DNA of 63,030 nucleotides, counting the filler, from Octopus bimaculoides (lineage: Eukaryota): the NCBI RefSeq assembly GCF_001194135.2. It is 4 parts of 3 records of this genome, joined end to end, with 100 filler letters (N's around TTAATTAATTAA, not from the genome) between each part and the next. Parts side by side here need not be neighbours in the genome. Positions count along the whole stretch, not along the records: positions 28,587 to 56,542 come from NC_068982.1; positions 56,643 to 63,030 come from NC_068981.1; 2 more parts are not named here. One strand, given 5' to 3'. Positions 50,558 to 63,030 of this stretch are shown here, in pieces. The stretch's first letter is position 1, and every line of letters begins with the position of its first letter. The position numbers and the translations under genes were made by a program. The notes beneath the pieces were generated by a model that made no database searches, was not told where the DNA came from, and saw only the letters and a program-made list of their open reading frames with translations.

Positions 50558-51988
50558 TTCTCTCTCTGCCTTTCTATACACATAGAATATATATGAAGTT
50601 TTAGTATATTATATATTCGAAATCTCACGGTAGAGAATTAGTACTCAACCTACTCAGTACAAGTTAAACGTGAAGAATCTTCTACACGTTTTGTCAGTAA
50701 TCATAAAAGATGTCACTACTACATTTTAAATCAGAATTAGTGAATAAAACGGTAGAAAATTCATGATATATATANNNNNNNNNNNNNNNNNNNNNNNNNN
50801 NNNNNNNNNNNNNNNNNNNNNNNNNNNNNNNNNNNNNNNNNNNNNNNNNNNNNNNNNNNNNNNNNNNNNNNNNNNNNNNNNNNNNNNNNNNNNNNNNNNN
50901 NNNNNNNNNNNNNNNNNNNNNNNNNNNNNNNNNNNNNNNNNNNNNNNNNNNNNNNNNNNNNNNNNNNNNNNNNNNNNNNNNNNNNNNNNNNNNNNNNNNN
51001 NNNNNNNNNNNNNNNNNNNNNNNNNNNNNNNNNNNNNNNNNNNNNNNNNNNNNNNNNNNNNNNNNNNNNNNTATATATATATATATACGAACACACACAC
51101 ACACACACACAAGTACACATATATACACATATCTAATATATCTATGGAGCTGTGAAGCGTACACAGGCATTAGTTGAAATGAAATAGCTATTGTTATGAG
51201 TAGATTTGGTTAAAGAGAAGCAAGTAGTCTTGGCGCTAAATTTGAAATTATAGTACCAGGTTAACTGGCATTCCTTCTTGCAAGTTTGCAGAGGTAAGAC
51301 GCAATCTTTACTCGCCCAGCTTTTTTCCAACCATGCCTGTACAAATTTAGTGTTAATTTTTGTGGCATCGGAATATGTTTGACACCTATTTTAAACAAAG
51401 CTGATGCTTCTTAGTGCCTTTGTTATATATGATTATGATATATATATATCTATTAGTTTTGCCTATACGGGTTTAAGCTTGTGGCGACTAACATTGTTAT
51501 TTCTTATTATGAGTAATAATGTACTATATATATTTATATATTTATATATACATAAACACACATATATATATATATATACTCATACATGCATCTAATACGA
51601 TAACAAGCGTAGTGTTTTTTTATATAATTGTTTTATATATATATTTGTCCAAAATCACGGAGAAGGGAGAGGAATTAAGAGAAGGGAATGGCAATGACAG
51701 AGAGGAAGTAGCAAAGAGTGCATCGTGTATATTCTACTATAATAATCTTCTATAATAATATTCTCGTGTATTTCTCCGTCATAACTTACGAATGAGAAAG
51801 GACGAGCTGATCCACCGATGGAAGTGGGATGGTGAAAAGTCAACGGTGAAACAAAAATCAAACAGCGCGACAGTTCTGTGTGAGTATATGTGTACGCGTA
51901 CAAAGGTTAGGAATGTGAATGATTGTATGTATGTATGTGTATGTTTATTTAGAAAGATACATAGAAAATAGAATCACATATACACGCA

Positions 51989-52051
<63 letters not shown>

Positions 52052-54299
52052 NNNNNNNNNNNNNNNNNNNNNNNNNNNNNNNNNNNNNNNNNNNNNNNNN
52101 NNNNNNNNNNNNNNNNNNNNNNNNNNNNNNNNNNNNNNNNNNNNNNNNNNNNNNNNNNNNNNNNNNNNNNNNNNNNNNNNNNNNNNNNNNNNNNNNNNNN
52201 NNNNNNNNNNNNNNNNNNNNNNNNNNNNNNNNNNNNNNNNNNNNNNNNNNNNNNNNNNNNNNNNNNNNNNNNNNNNNNNNNNNNNNNNNNNNNNNNNNNN
52301 NNNNNNNNNNNNNNNNNNNNNNNNNNNNNNNNNNNNNNNNNNNNNNNNNNNNNNNNNNNNNNNNNNNNNNNNNNNNNNNNNNNNNCTTCAGTTAAAGGGG
52401 TGGAGGTGAAGTGACTGAGAGGTGGAGCAAAAGTGTGTGTGTGAGAGAGAGAGATGGGGAGGGGAGTAGTGTGAGTAGAGAAAAATGAAATGAAGTAGAG
52501 AAAGAGGTTTGATAAAGCCAAATGCGTCACGTGGTTAGTTGAAAGCAGAGGCGAAGATCGAGTGAAAACGACAGCGAGAGAAAAGAGGGAAAAAACTGTT
52601 AACGACGTGCTGTAAGGTGGGGAGGGAAAGATAAATAGAAAGAGATATGATTAAGATACAATATTTAGCAGATGCTAATATTCTGGTGGTAAGGATGCAG
52701 TTATATTAAGAGAGAAATAGAGAGAGAGAGTTAGTGGGAGTGAGAGCTGAAGACAAGGTCAAAAATGTAAAGAGATGAAGACGGAAATTACATGGTTAAA
52801 ACGTTTCTTGAAGAAGTAGAGAGAAATAGAGAAATATAGAGGGAAATTTTAAAATGTAATATATTATTTTGACTGGGAGTGAGATAATTAGGAAAATAAA
52901 ATCAAAATATGCAAATCATCCTTTCTTTTTTAAATCTTTCTCGTAAAATTTTCCGTTCTGCGGAGTTTTCACGAGCCCCACTAGCATGTATGCATGTGTG
53001 TGTTTTTGTATGTGTATGTGTGTGTGTGTGCGTTATGCTCCGTGTTAATATAAATTTACTTGTCTGTACATATATGTAGCTATTTGTATCTACACATATC
53101 TCTCTCTATATATAACCATGTTCATATATAAGTGTATATGTATATTAATGTATATCAAGTATAATCGTGTTTATCTACATCACTCTCCCTCGTTCATGTA
53201 TGTGTGTGTGTGTAGTAGCAAGACAATTGTTGCGAAAACAGACTTAGCTAATGTGAACTTTCGATTAATCGTATCAACCGACTTTAATTTATGCGAGACA
53301 TATTTTATGTATGTAAATGCAAATGTCGATCCCAACCATTTGTAGACTTTAATGTTAGAATTTGCTATAAATTATATATTTATTACTAAGGCATGCCACG
53401 GAAATGAAAGATTAATACTTGAACAAATTACTGATTAATTAATTTGATTACCGCCAAGCAAAGTGATGTCATAATATCTTCAGAGCTCTCAGATCATCTG
53501 CGTGAGAATGTGCTCTTCAACATTGTTAGAATCGTGATGGTTCGCGATCCTATAGTAATATCAATCACAATTCACTCTACATCGAAGGCTGTATATAGAG
53601 GTTTCCAAAATTTGGTTGAGTAGCATGAAAATAATAAAATATGGATAGTTCTCTGCTGCCCACTTCTGTCCATATCATTTAATGTACACATCTATTTTGT
53701 GTTGTGTTATTCACTAAAGATCACTAAATGTAATTAAAAACGTCGTCAACGGATGTGAAACTGAAATGTTCTCTCTAAAGAAGCAAATCAGCTGATTTGA
53801 AGTTAGCTAATTCCAGCAAGCACAATAAATCAATATCAATGAGGTTTACTGGTGTCTTTTAATGTCTCCCTTCATGAAAAGACATTAGCATTTAACAACT
53901 TACTGCTTATTCGGAAATGGTCAACGGATATATTTTATTTAAGCAATTGCTACTCGGCAACTTCAAAGTTCAAGGATCATAACTTTTACAGCCTTTTCCT
54001 GTCATGCTATATATATATATATATATNNNNNNNNNNNNNNNNNNNNNNNNNNNNNNNNNNNNNNNNNNNNNNNNNNNNNNNNNNNNNNNNNNNNNNNNNN
54101 NNNNNNNNNNNNNNNNNNNNNNNNNNNNNNNATATATATAAAGAATAAAAAGTTTAGAATGGTACAACAATGCACTATAAAACAAAACATGGACTATATA
54201 CCTGTTGTAATTTAGCTATCTATAGTCCGATGATATTTCAGAATTACAATTCCTGCTTCAGATCTTCTTAGCTAGAGTCTCTGCTATAAACTGTTTTCC

Positions 54300-55900
54300 A
54301 ACGGTTTTCTTTTTTTCGGAAGCCTTTTTTCTTCCGAAAGTCAATATACTCCACATACGGTCAGCATGAATATTTCTTTCTATGACTTCCTATAAAGAAA
54401 GACGTTCAGATATACTTCACGACCTTTGAATAGTCAATAGAAATTTTTGTACCAACTTTAGTAAGAGATTATTTAGATTTGCATTGCACGAGAAAATGTA
54501 ACATTGCTAGAATCTGTATTTGAAAGTTTTTTTATGATTCGTGAACCATCCAATACGCTTCAGTTTCGGCCCACGAATCTTGATCTACAGATATATTCTA
54601 GCATAAATATTCTAGCAAACATAGGGCTTCTCACAACCTAACTTCTTTGAAGTCAATTACACTGGGAAAGAAAGTGACAACATAATGATGACAACTTGCA
54701 ATCTATATGTCAATGACTCTCAATCCATACTCACCGTAGAATAAAGGACAGTCTGTTTTGATATTTATGATAGGGTTCGGAAATATAAAACTAGAATTTG
54801 CTTCTTTGGTGTTTAGGGTAAACTCTCTCAGTTTACAGCTTGTCAAAATCCCTCACCATAAAGGCAGAGATTATATAACTTTCTTCACATTTTGCAGACA
54901 GGACTCGTTTTGCTATAAAACCCTTTTTATTTGAGCATAAAGGGTGCATCTGGTGCAACATTGCCAAAATTTCGAAAATCATAAGAAATGGCAAACGAAT
55001 GTCTGAGAACAATTCTCAATGCTACCCAAGAATATTATGTAACCCCTAGACAAAATCGCAGAGTTTGCATGGCAATAGATTTCAGACCAGGAGAGAAGCA
55101 GTTGTATTGGAAAGTGATCCTAAAAAGAATAAAATCCAGTGAAAATCATACTTCCTTTAAAACTTAATCACTTTTGGCGAATCCTTAATTCTCCACATCG
55201 TCTGTAAACATATCAAGGATCAGCGGCCTGGCCATTTTTGCCAATACATTCTTAGAGTAGATTTTCCTCTTGCAGTAACGACGATGCGAACCTTGTGCAT
55301 GTTAGCGAAGAGGTTAAGATAACAAGGTAATTAATATCGGAGCTCTTTCTGAAACTATAGCATCATAACTAAAAGTTAACGACGTACGACAAAGAATGTT
55401 TGGGTCCACACTATCAGCTAGCAGCCATTGCAGGCAATTACAGCATCGAATATCAGCTGTCGCAAATTCTTCTGAATTTTAATGTTTATTGGAGCTTTAG
55501 TGCCTCACTGATTTCAGTTTAAAAATAATGCTACTGAATAATTAAGATCCATCACAATTTTGAATCAGCCCAAGCCAAATAGTTAAAAAGTTTATGCCAC
55601 ATGTCACCAAGGATATTAATTTCTCTGAGTGCGAGGATGACGCTACAATTATATCCAACATTTCATTCGTGCCCATAGACGTACATTACCAATATAATAG
55701 CAAATTGAGTTTCTAAAGCAGGTGAGTTTCAGCAAGTCAATCAACAAATGCCACTGAACTACATATTAGATATGATAGGAAAATCGCCAAATTATGAAGG
55801 GTATTTAACTGGGTATTTGCAGTGATTATGAAGAATAGAGGTCTAATATGATATAAGATGAAGGAGTTAATTCCAAATCAGATCATTTCTTTATTGCCAC
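54300..55900 (-). pseudogene. Very decayed LINE RT (L1/Tx1- or CR1-like)
   Basis: MFTDDV RT-like motif, GPKHSLSYVVN, GEYGLRVIDI (GGLGVIDI); many stops. Confidence 0.4.
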
Positions 55901-56542
55901 ATATATTACAATTCCTATATTCTAAGGGGCTTTTACTTCCGATAACCACTGCATTCGAGCACTTTCCAAATTATTATTAGAATAAAAGTGCTTGCAGGAC
56001 ATGTTCAGTAATACGTTCAAATGAAATATAATTGTTTTTACATTGACTTAATCCTTTGTTTTATGATTCAGTCAGATAGCCATTCAGAACCAGACAAAGT
56101 TCGGATTAAATGAAGTTGATGATGTTTTGTTGTTTCTGAAAGGCTTATTTGTTTCTTCCAGACTGTAATCGTTTTACTTTCAAGTAGGTTTCAGTAATTT
56201 GCAAAATTAAATTTACATTAGAAAAATTAAATTAACCTACGAAATTTTACAAGTAATATTCAGGTGCTTAACAATAGCAGGGTAATAAGCACTGGATCAC
56301 TGCCCACGTTTTTGAAAATAATCTCATCTTATGTGCAAAGTATATCTTTTCGAGAAAATGTTAATTTGTTCTATTAAGAACAGTTTTAGGACATTTCTAA
56401 TTCTTAGTAATTTTCAGCTTAGACAACACCGGGTACTGGCCAGTAATATATGTGTGTGTGTGTGTGTGTCTGTGTGTATGTGTGTGTGTCTGTGTGTGTG
56501 CCCGCGTATATGCACACACACACACACACACACATATATATA

Positions 56543-56642
56543 NNNNNNNNNNNNNNNNNNNNNNNNNNNNNNNNNNNNNNNNNNNNTTAATTAATTAANN
56601 NNNNNNNNNNNNNNNNNNNNNNNNNNNNNNNNNNNNNNNNNN
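56543..56642. other. Artificial scaffold join N44-TTAATTAATTAA-N44
   Basis: Same 100-bp construct. Confidence 0.95.
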
Positions 56643-56914
56643 GTGCGTGTGTATGCGCGTGTATTTTAAATTTCCTTCATGCTGTAACTATTTTTCCCCC
56701 CCTAAATAAAACCCTCTCATTTGCATTAATTTGTAAAAAAAGGGTATAAAGCCCCTCCATGCCAACGAACATTGAGGTGAAGGGGATTTTTTAAGGTCTT
56801 TTCTTTAAGAGAGATGCAAATAAACAAGGAAAATACACACACACACACACACACAACCACAAACACGCATGAACAACCACAAACACACACACACAATCTC
56901 TGTCTGTCTGTCTG

Positions 56915-56957
<43 letters not shown>

Positions 56958-57599
56958 TCTAACAGATTATTTCAAAGAATAATCTCTTGATGGGAGTTTC
57001 ATGTAGGAACGGTTTATTGCATTGAATTTGCAATAGTTTTTGCCAGGAGAATTATGCATGTTTAAAGTGTAACATGTTGTTGCACACATCTTGGCATAAA
57101 TGCAGTGGTTAATCTTTGGTGCAACACACAAAATGGCTGCTGGCGTATACACACACATGCATGCACATACAAGCACACGCACGTCCATATAATTCAGTAT
57201 AGTCATACACACATACACACACACATGACATACACATTCAAAATAGCAAAGTATTTTAAGATCATATGTGCGAGTGTGTATACATACATACATACATACA
57301 TACATNNNNNNNNNNNNNNNNNNNNNNNNNNNNNNNNNNNNNNNNNNNNNNNNNNNNNNNNNNNNNNNNNNNNNNNNNNNNNNNNNNNNNNNNNNNNNNN
57401 NNNNNAGGGAGATATACATCTCCCGAAACCATTGTCTCTAAACATACCACAAACAGCATCAACACCACAAGAACACATACAGAAAACATGCCCACAGCAA
57501 TAGACACTACAAACACAGAATTAATGAACTACATAAATACAAAAACAAACATAACAAAAAAACAACATCAAAACAAACAACCACCCATACACGACGCCA

Positions 57600-57765
57600 C
57601 CTAATCATATAAAAATTTATCATATCACGCCAACATTACACTACACTTTAAAATCCCTCTACCCCAATGCGGTAGGGAGATGCCAAAAATATTTAGCCAA
57701 GAAACTTTACAGCAGCCTCCTTAACGAACATTCAAAGGAAAAAACAACCGAACTTTCGAACGGTA
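57600..57765 (+). mobile_element. Penelope-like GIY-YIG fragment
   Basis: IYKN..VGRCQKYLAKKLYSSLLNEHSKEKTTELSN resembles IYK..YIG.....K.R..H..SF.NE.....TELS. Confidence 0.55.
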
Positions 57766-58177
57766 AGTAACTCTCTGTTTCTTTTTAAGCAGAGCGTTAC
57801 TTGCGTTAATTTCGTAAATAAATTTTTTCAATTAGTGACATTAATGCCCGAGGTTACCGTGATCTTTTCGTAGGTTTTTCTTTCCACGGATAACCTCCCC
57901 ATTTCTTGGGATTTTTTTTTTTTTTTTTTNNNNNNNNNNNNNNNNNNNNNNNNNNNNNNNNNNNNNNNNNNNNNNNNNNNNNNNNNNNNNNNNNNNNNNN
58001 NNNNNNNNNNNNNNNNNNNNNNNNNNNNNNNNNNNNNNNNNNNNNNNNNTTTTACATACCCCAAACGTTTTCGATACCTTTTGATCGTTATCCCCATTTT
58101 TTCTCGTCCCCTCGAAAAGAAAAACTCTACATTGTATTTGTCCCATCTATGTTGAGCCCTGTGTGGCTAATAAAGAA

Positions 58178-58220
<43 letters not shown>

Positions 58221-58769
58221 ACAGGAATTAAAGGCACACATACAAATTAAAAAGGACATCAAACAATATCCATTAGAACTCTAAAATAGAAATAAAACCC
58301 TCCAGATCAACAATAAACCACAATTCTACAAACCTGCAAACAAGCTATAAATGTCCTATGGCATTTATAAATTTCCATTGAAAAAAGTTGTTACCTTCAC
58401 GACTCCAACTGTTAAACTGGTTATACAAATACATCCTTCGCTCTTATAATACGGAGCAATTGCAATAGCTTTGCCACAAACATACAATAAAACAAGATAG
58501 TAAAAGATTAGAGGACAACACATCCGGAATGACTCAACAAAAATGGTGTACAGAGTACGTAACAGTAGATCTGTCCTGTTTGATGCCAATCCCGTCTAAC
58601 CAGAAATTTCTTTACAACAAACCACGACAAACGATGATCGACCCCCACACCTCTCCATTCACACTAAATAACGCTCCAAGAATTAATAACATTGAAATTA
58701 GTTTTATTATCGCAAAAATGATAACTTCTAACTTTGACAGCTGGACACAAATTTGATGGAAAGAAGAGT

Positions 58770-58900
58770 TGAGAGACCTCAACATGTGACTGGTACTTAT
58801 ATATTCAAGGGTTATCATTTGATTTACTCCGGAAGGACGACAGGCAAAGTTGATCTCGGCTGGGTTTGATCCCACAACGTCAAGAGATGTAATTACGACT
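58770..58900 (-). mobile_element. Family C SINE fragment
   Basis: ACTGGTACTTAT..CCGGAAGGACGACAGGCAAAGTTGATCTCGGC..TTTGATCCCAC is the reverse complement of the core. Confidence 0.6.
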
Positions 58901-59439
58901 TCAGCTACACCAAGAACAAGAAAGAACTTCGATAGGTATCTATATTATACTCATATCTGTGTATCTAACTACCTAGGTCTCTTTTCTTCCTGTAAACACA
59001 CACACACACACACACCTACAAATACACACACATACACAAATATGCACACACACACACACAAACGCAGTCACAACACACACACATTCACACACACTTTCTT
59101 CACATATCTTACGTTAAACAAAGGTGGTTCGTTTAGAATAATCTTGATTTTTGATAAAGCTTTACGTATGTCAATCTCACCCTAAAGCATTCTCTTTACC
59201 TGACTGTATTTCACACACACACACACACACACATGTATGAATGCTTATATATATATAAATGAAAATAAACAAATATATATATACACACACGCATGCATAT
59301 ACATATACACAACATGCATACACGCATACACAAATATATGCGCGCGCGCACGCGTGTATATATGTCTAAGAACACGAGATGTTTGATAAAGAACACTGAT
59401 TGTTAAACGAGGACATGCTAACATCAAGTAATCTAACAA

Positions 59440-60180
59440 GTTTCCCTTGATATTGAATCTTCTGCACGGAGCCGTGCTTTTGTGTCATTAACATCTACGT
59501 TGGTGAAGTTTACACTCGAACAGATTAAGCTTCTATCTTCAGATAAAAGACAAACACAAAGAATTCACAAACAATTCGCTCTAATATCTGAAGATATTTA
59601 CCATGCTATTGCTGCCAAGCTGTTGGGCAGGTGCTGCTCTCTATGACTTGACTTGTCAGCTAATTATTAACATAGGCAAGAGATTTTGCCGCTGAGGGCC
59701 AAATAAAGATAAGAAACAAGTTGATGTATTGTTGTGTAAGTTTAGCCATTGATATTCTTTAATTACAAAAGCGAAAGGAAAAGTTCCATGCTTTCGACGA
59801 AAACCACGTAGCCTCGTTGCCCTTTTCTCTGACCTTAACTGTTGTTTCCTCTGATCAAACTTCTCAAACCAGAAGAGGCTATTGGTAAGTGAAAGAATGC
59901 AACGAAACTACAATGACCTCTCGAAATTTCTGATATAGTTTTACCAATTATAGACGTTTCGAAGTTGTGAAGGTCGATTTCAAATCTTGATTGGGGACTT
60001 AAACGTTACGAATGGCACCAAACTATAATTTATTCTCGAACCAATCCTAATCTTTTGCAACAAGCTATGTACTTTATTGAGCATTTTACTTTGTGGTTCT
60101 ATCATTACAGCTTCAGTAAGAACAGTGAAGTCTATGCTTTACTGATGAGGCAATAATAGAGCGAAAGATGTCTAAAGTTG
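59440..60180 (+). mobile_element. Penelope-like element 3' remnant ending in a hammerhead motif
   Basis: RAFV..LEQIKLL..IYHAIAAKL (RT thumb/linker), KGKVP..LV..FS..C, DQTSQT, FQILI..LEPILI, then the HHR core; heavily decayed. Confidence 0.55.
60136..60178 (+). ncRNA. Decayed type I minimal hammerhead ribozyme motif
   Basis: Stem I GCTTTA/TAAAGT; CTGATGA 60142-48; short imperfect stem II closed by G-C; GAAA 60163-66; AGATGT (ACATGT palindrome with one change); GTC 60170-72. Confidence 0.6.
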
Positions 60181-60671
60181 TCTTATTAAGATAACGTCAG
60201 TGATATTTAGAGTGAGACACTTTTAGACATTAGCCTGGAATACGATCGACTCCGCCAACTATGAACATTCAATGACGCCAAACTCAAGTAAAGAAATAAC
60301 AAAATACGAACTCAAACGGTGGATTATTATAAAATCATTGAATAAACAAAACAGCAACTGTATATATATATATCTATGTATACCCATGAATGCGTATATA
60401 TATGTATATATATATATATNNNNNNNNNNNNNNNNNNNNNNNNNNNNNNNNNNNNNNNNNNNNNNNNNNNNNNNNNNNNNNNNNNNNNNNNNNNNNNNNN
60501 NNNNNNNNNNNNNNNNNNNNNNNNNNNNNNNNNNNNNNNNNNNNNNNNNNNNNNNNNNNNNNNNNNNNNNNNNNNNNNNNNNNNNNNNNNNNNNNNNNNN
60601 NNNNNNNNNNNNNNNNNNNNNNNNNNNNNNNNNNNNNNNNNNNNNNNNNNNNNNNNNNNNNNNNNNNNNNN

Positions 60672-61020
60672 CTGGGGCACCGCCTTTAGTCGAGCAAATC
60701 GACCCCAGGACTTATTCTTTGGAAGCCTAGTACTTATTCTATCGGTATCTTTTGCCGAACCGCTAGATTACGGGGACGTAAACACACCAACATCGGTTGT
60801 TAAGTGATGTTCGGGGGACAAACACAAACACACACACACACACACACAGAGACACACACACACACGCTCACACACACACACTTATTCCAGGACTTATTCC
60901 TCTGTACGCCCAGTACGTATTGTATCGGTCTCTTTTACCGAACCGCTAAGTTACGGGGGCGTAAACACACCAGCATCGGTTGTCAAGCGATGAAGGGGGG
61001 ATAAACACAGACTCACAAAC
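60672..61020 (-). mobile_element. Two tandem family B SINE modules
   Basis: 60672-60830 and 60880-61020 both contain CCAGGACTTATTC..GTATCGG..CGAACCGCTA..AAACACACCA.CATCGGTTGT, separated by (CA)n. Confidence 0.8.
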
Positions 61021-61025
61021 ATATG

Positions 61026-61066
<41 letters not shown>

Positions 61067-62099
61067 NNNNNNNNNNNNNNNNNNNNNNNNNNNNNNNNNN
61101 NNNNNNNNNNNNNNNNNNNNNNNNNNNNNNNNNNNNNNNNNNNNNNNNNNNNNNNNNNNNNNNNNNNNNNNNNNNNNNNNNNNNNNNNNNNNNNNNNNNN
61201 NNNNNNNNNNNNNNNNNNNNNNNNNNNNNNNNNNNNNNNNNNNNNNNNNNNNNNNNNNNNNNNNNNNNNNNNNNNNNNNNNNNNNNNNNNNNNNNNNNNN
61301 NNNNNNNNNNNNNNNNNNNNNNNNNNNNNNNNNNNNNNNNNNNNNNNNNNNNNNNNNNNNNNNNNNNNNNNNNNNNNNNNNNNNNNNNNNNNNNNNNNNN
61401 NNNNNNNNNNNNNNNNNNNNNNNNNNNNNNNNNNNNNNNNNNNNNNNNNNNNNNNNNNNNNNNNNNNNNNNNNNNNNNNNNNNNNNNNNNNNNNNNNNNN
61501 NNNNNNNNNNNNNNNNNNNNNNNNNNNNNNNNNNNNNNNNNNNNNNNNNNNNNNNNNNNNNNNNNNNNNNNNNNNNNNNNNNNNNNNNNNNNNNNNNNNN
61601 NNNNNNNNNNNNNNNNNNNNNNNNNNNNNNNNNNNNNNNNNNNNNNNNNNNNNNNNNNNNNNNNNNNNNNNNNNNNNNNNNNNNNNNNNNNNNNNNNNNN
61701 NNNNNNNNNNNNNNNNNNNNNNNNNNNNNNNNNNNNNNNNNNNNNNNNNNNNNNNNNNNNNNNNNNNNNNNNNNNNNNNNNNNNNNNNNNNNNNNNNNNN
61801 NNNNNNNNNNNNNNNNNNNNNNNNNNNNNNNNNNNNNNNNNNNNNNNNNNNNNNTATATATATAAGGTAGGGCTATGGAATGAATGCTATATATAACTGC
61901 AGGCATATCTATACATATGTTAACAATTGTGATTAAGTGTGTGTGTGTGAGTATGTATTTGTGTGAGTGTGTTTGAAAATATTTCTGCATGTAAGTTAAT
62001 ATGCGGGTTTGTGTTACCGTGTAATACGAGTAGATATCTCATTGTGTGTTGATATGTATTGCGTGTGCATATGTATCTGCTTCTATGTTTCTGTCTGAA

Positions 62100-62291
62100 T
62101 ATCTATACATATGTGTGTGTGTATGTGTGTGTATGTGTGTGAGTGAGCGTATGTATGTCTGTGTGTGTAGTTATGATCCTGAAAACGTGTGCCGGTATCT
62201 ATTTGTGTGAAGTGCGTGTAATTATATGTATGGGTATGCATGTGCAAATACATTATACATACATACACACATACATACGCACACAAACACA

Positions 62292-62341
<50 letters not shown>

Positions 62342-62440
62342 TTTGTATTTCTATATGGGTGTGTATGCATGTGTGCAATTACGTACACTACATACGCATA
62401 CATACATAAATATGTCTGTATATTCATATATGTGGATGTA

Positions 62441-62474
<34 letters not shown>

Positions 62475-62520
62475 CGTGAAGAATACGCGCGCGCGTATGT
62501 GTGTGTGTGTGTGTGTGTGA
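62100..62520. repeat. Compound (TG)/(CA)/(CG) microsatellite block
   Basis: Directly visible. Confidence 0.9.
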
Positions 62521-62976
62521 AATCAAGGAAAAACGTTTGATATTGTTGTTGATTTCTAAGATGAAAAATGGCTGATAAAAGGATGACGTCACCAAATGCA
62601 GGCATTCACTGAGTCCTTAAGGAAAATTAAAAGAATAATTTCCGCAACGGAAGCCGTTGGGATTGAAACATCGTCAAGGGACCATGTTGGTAGGGAGTAT
62701 GGAAGAGGGTCCTAATGCAGATAATTAGAGAGAATGAGTGAGATAAAAGGGAGAGAGAGAGAGAGAGAGAAAGAGGGAGGGAGAGCAAGAAATTATAAAT
62801 GATATAAAGAGAAAAAAACAAATGAGAATTAGAGGGGGAGATGGGAGAGGGTAGGGAGGAAAGGAATCAATTAAAAGAGTAAAAGAAGTGAAATGTTAGA
62901 AGAAGAAGAACGAACAGATCTGAGAGAAAGAGAGAGAGAGAGAGAGGTTAGAGGGGAAGAGAGATGGTCATATAAA

Positions 62977-63030
<54 letters not shown>

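Noticed and set aside
58250-58700. Possible LINE RT tail (LYKYILRS..YGAIA)
   Set aside because: One weak frameshifted motif only.
59438-59644. About 68 open codons ending GRCCSL* (CaaX-like)
   Set aside because: Better explained as PLE RT-thumb/linker sequence; there is no convincing splice context.
59873-59884. CAG|AAGAGGCTATTG|GTAAGT 12-nt microexon-like pattern
   Set aside because: Lies within the decayed Penelope-like endonuclease region (DQTSQT), so it is most simply coincidental; exonisation is not excluded.
282-63030. Most long ORFs in the supplied track (YIYI, HTHT, CVCV, poly-X)
   Set aside because: They are translations of dinucleotide repeats and N gaps, with no domain content.

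Overview
Eukaryotic, very AT-rich, microsatellite-saturated genomic DNA with many assembly gaps. The SINE families and repeat landscape look cephalopod (Octopus-like); this is an inference, not a database result. No host protein-coding gene, rRNA, intact tRNA or CRISPR array can be supported, and almost all ORFs in the track are microsatellite or N-run artefacts. The window is a transposable-element graveyard. (1) At least eight decayed R4/Dong-clade non-LTR retrotransposon pieces (RT, CCHC knuckle, restriction-like endonuclease), including a head-to-tail cluster at 38-43 kb and two short 3' ends sitting inside (TAA)n arrays. (2) Three Penelope-like element remnants and two type I minimal hammerhead-ribozyme motifs (1566-1621, 60136-60178). 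(3) A TIR-bounded Tc1 element (30964-32552) carrying an internal inverted duplication. (4) A Chapaev3-like transposase remnant (35.9-36.7 kb). (5) RTE, L1/Tx1-like, piggyBac-like and hAT fragments, plus about 25 tRNA-SINE pieces. Three 100-bp spacers (N44-TTAATTAATTAA-N44) are artificial joins, so adjacency across 17.2, 28.5 and 56.6 kb is not sequence-supported. All protein assignments come from manual translation and motif recognition, without alignment tools, and boundaries of decayed elements are approximate.
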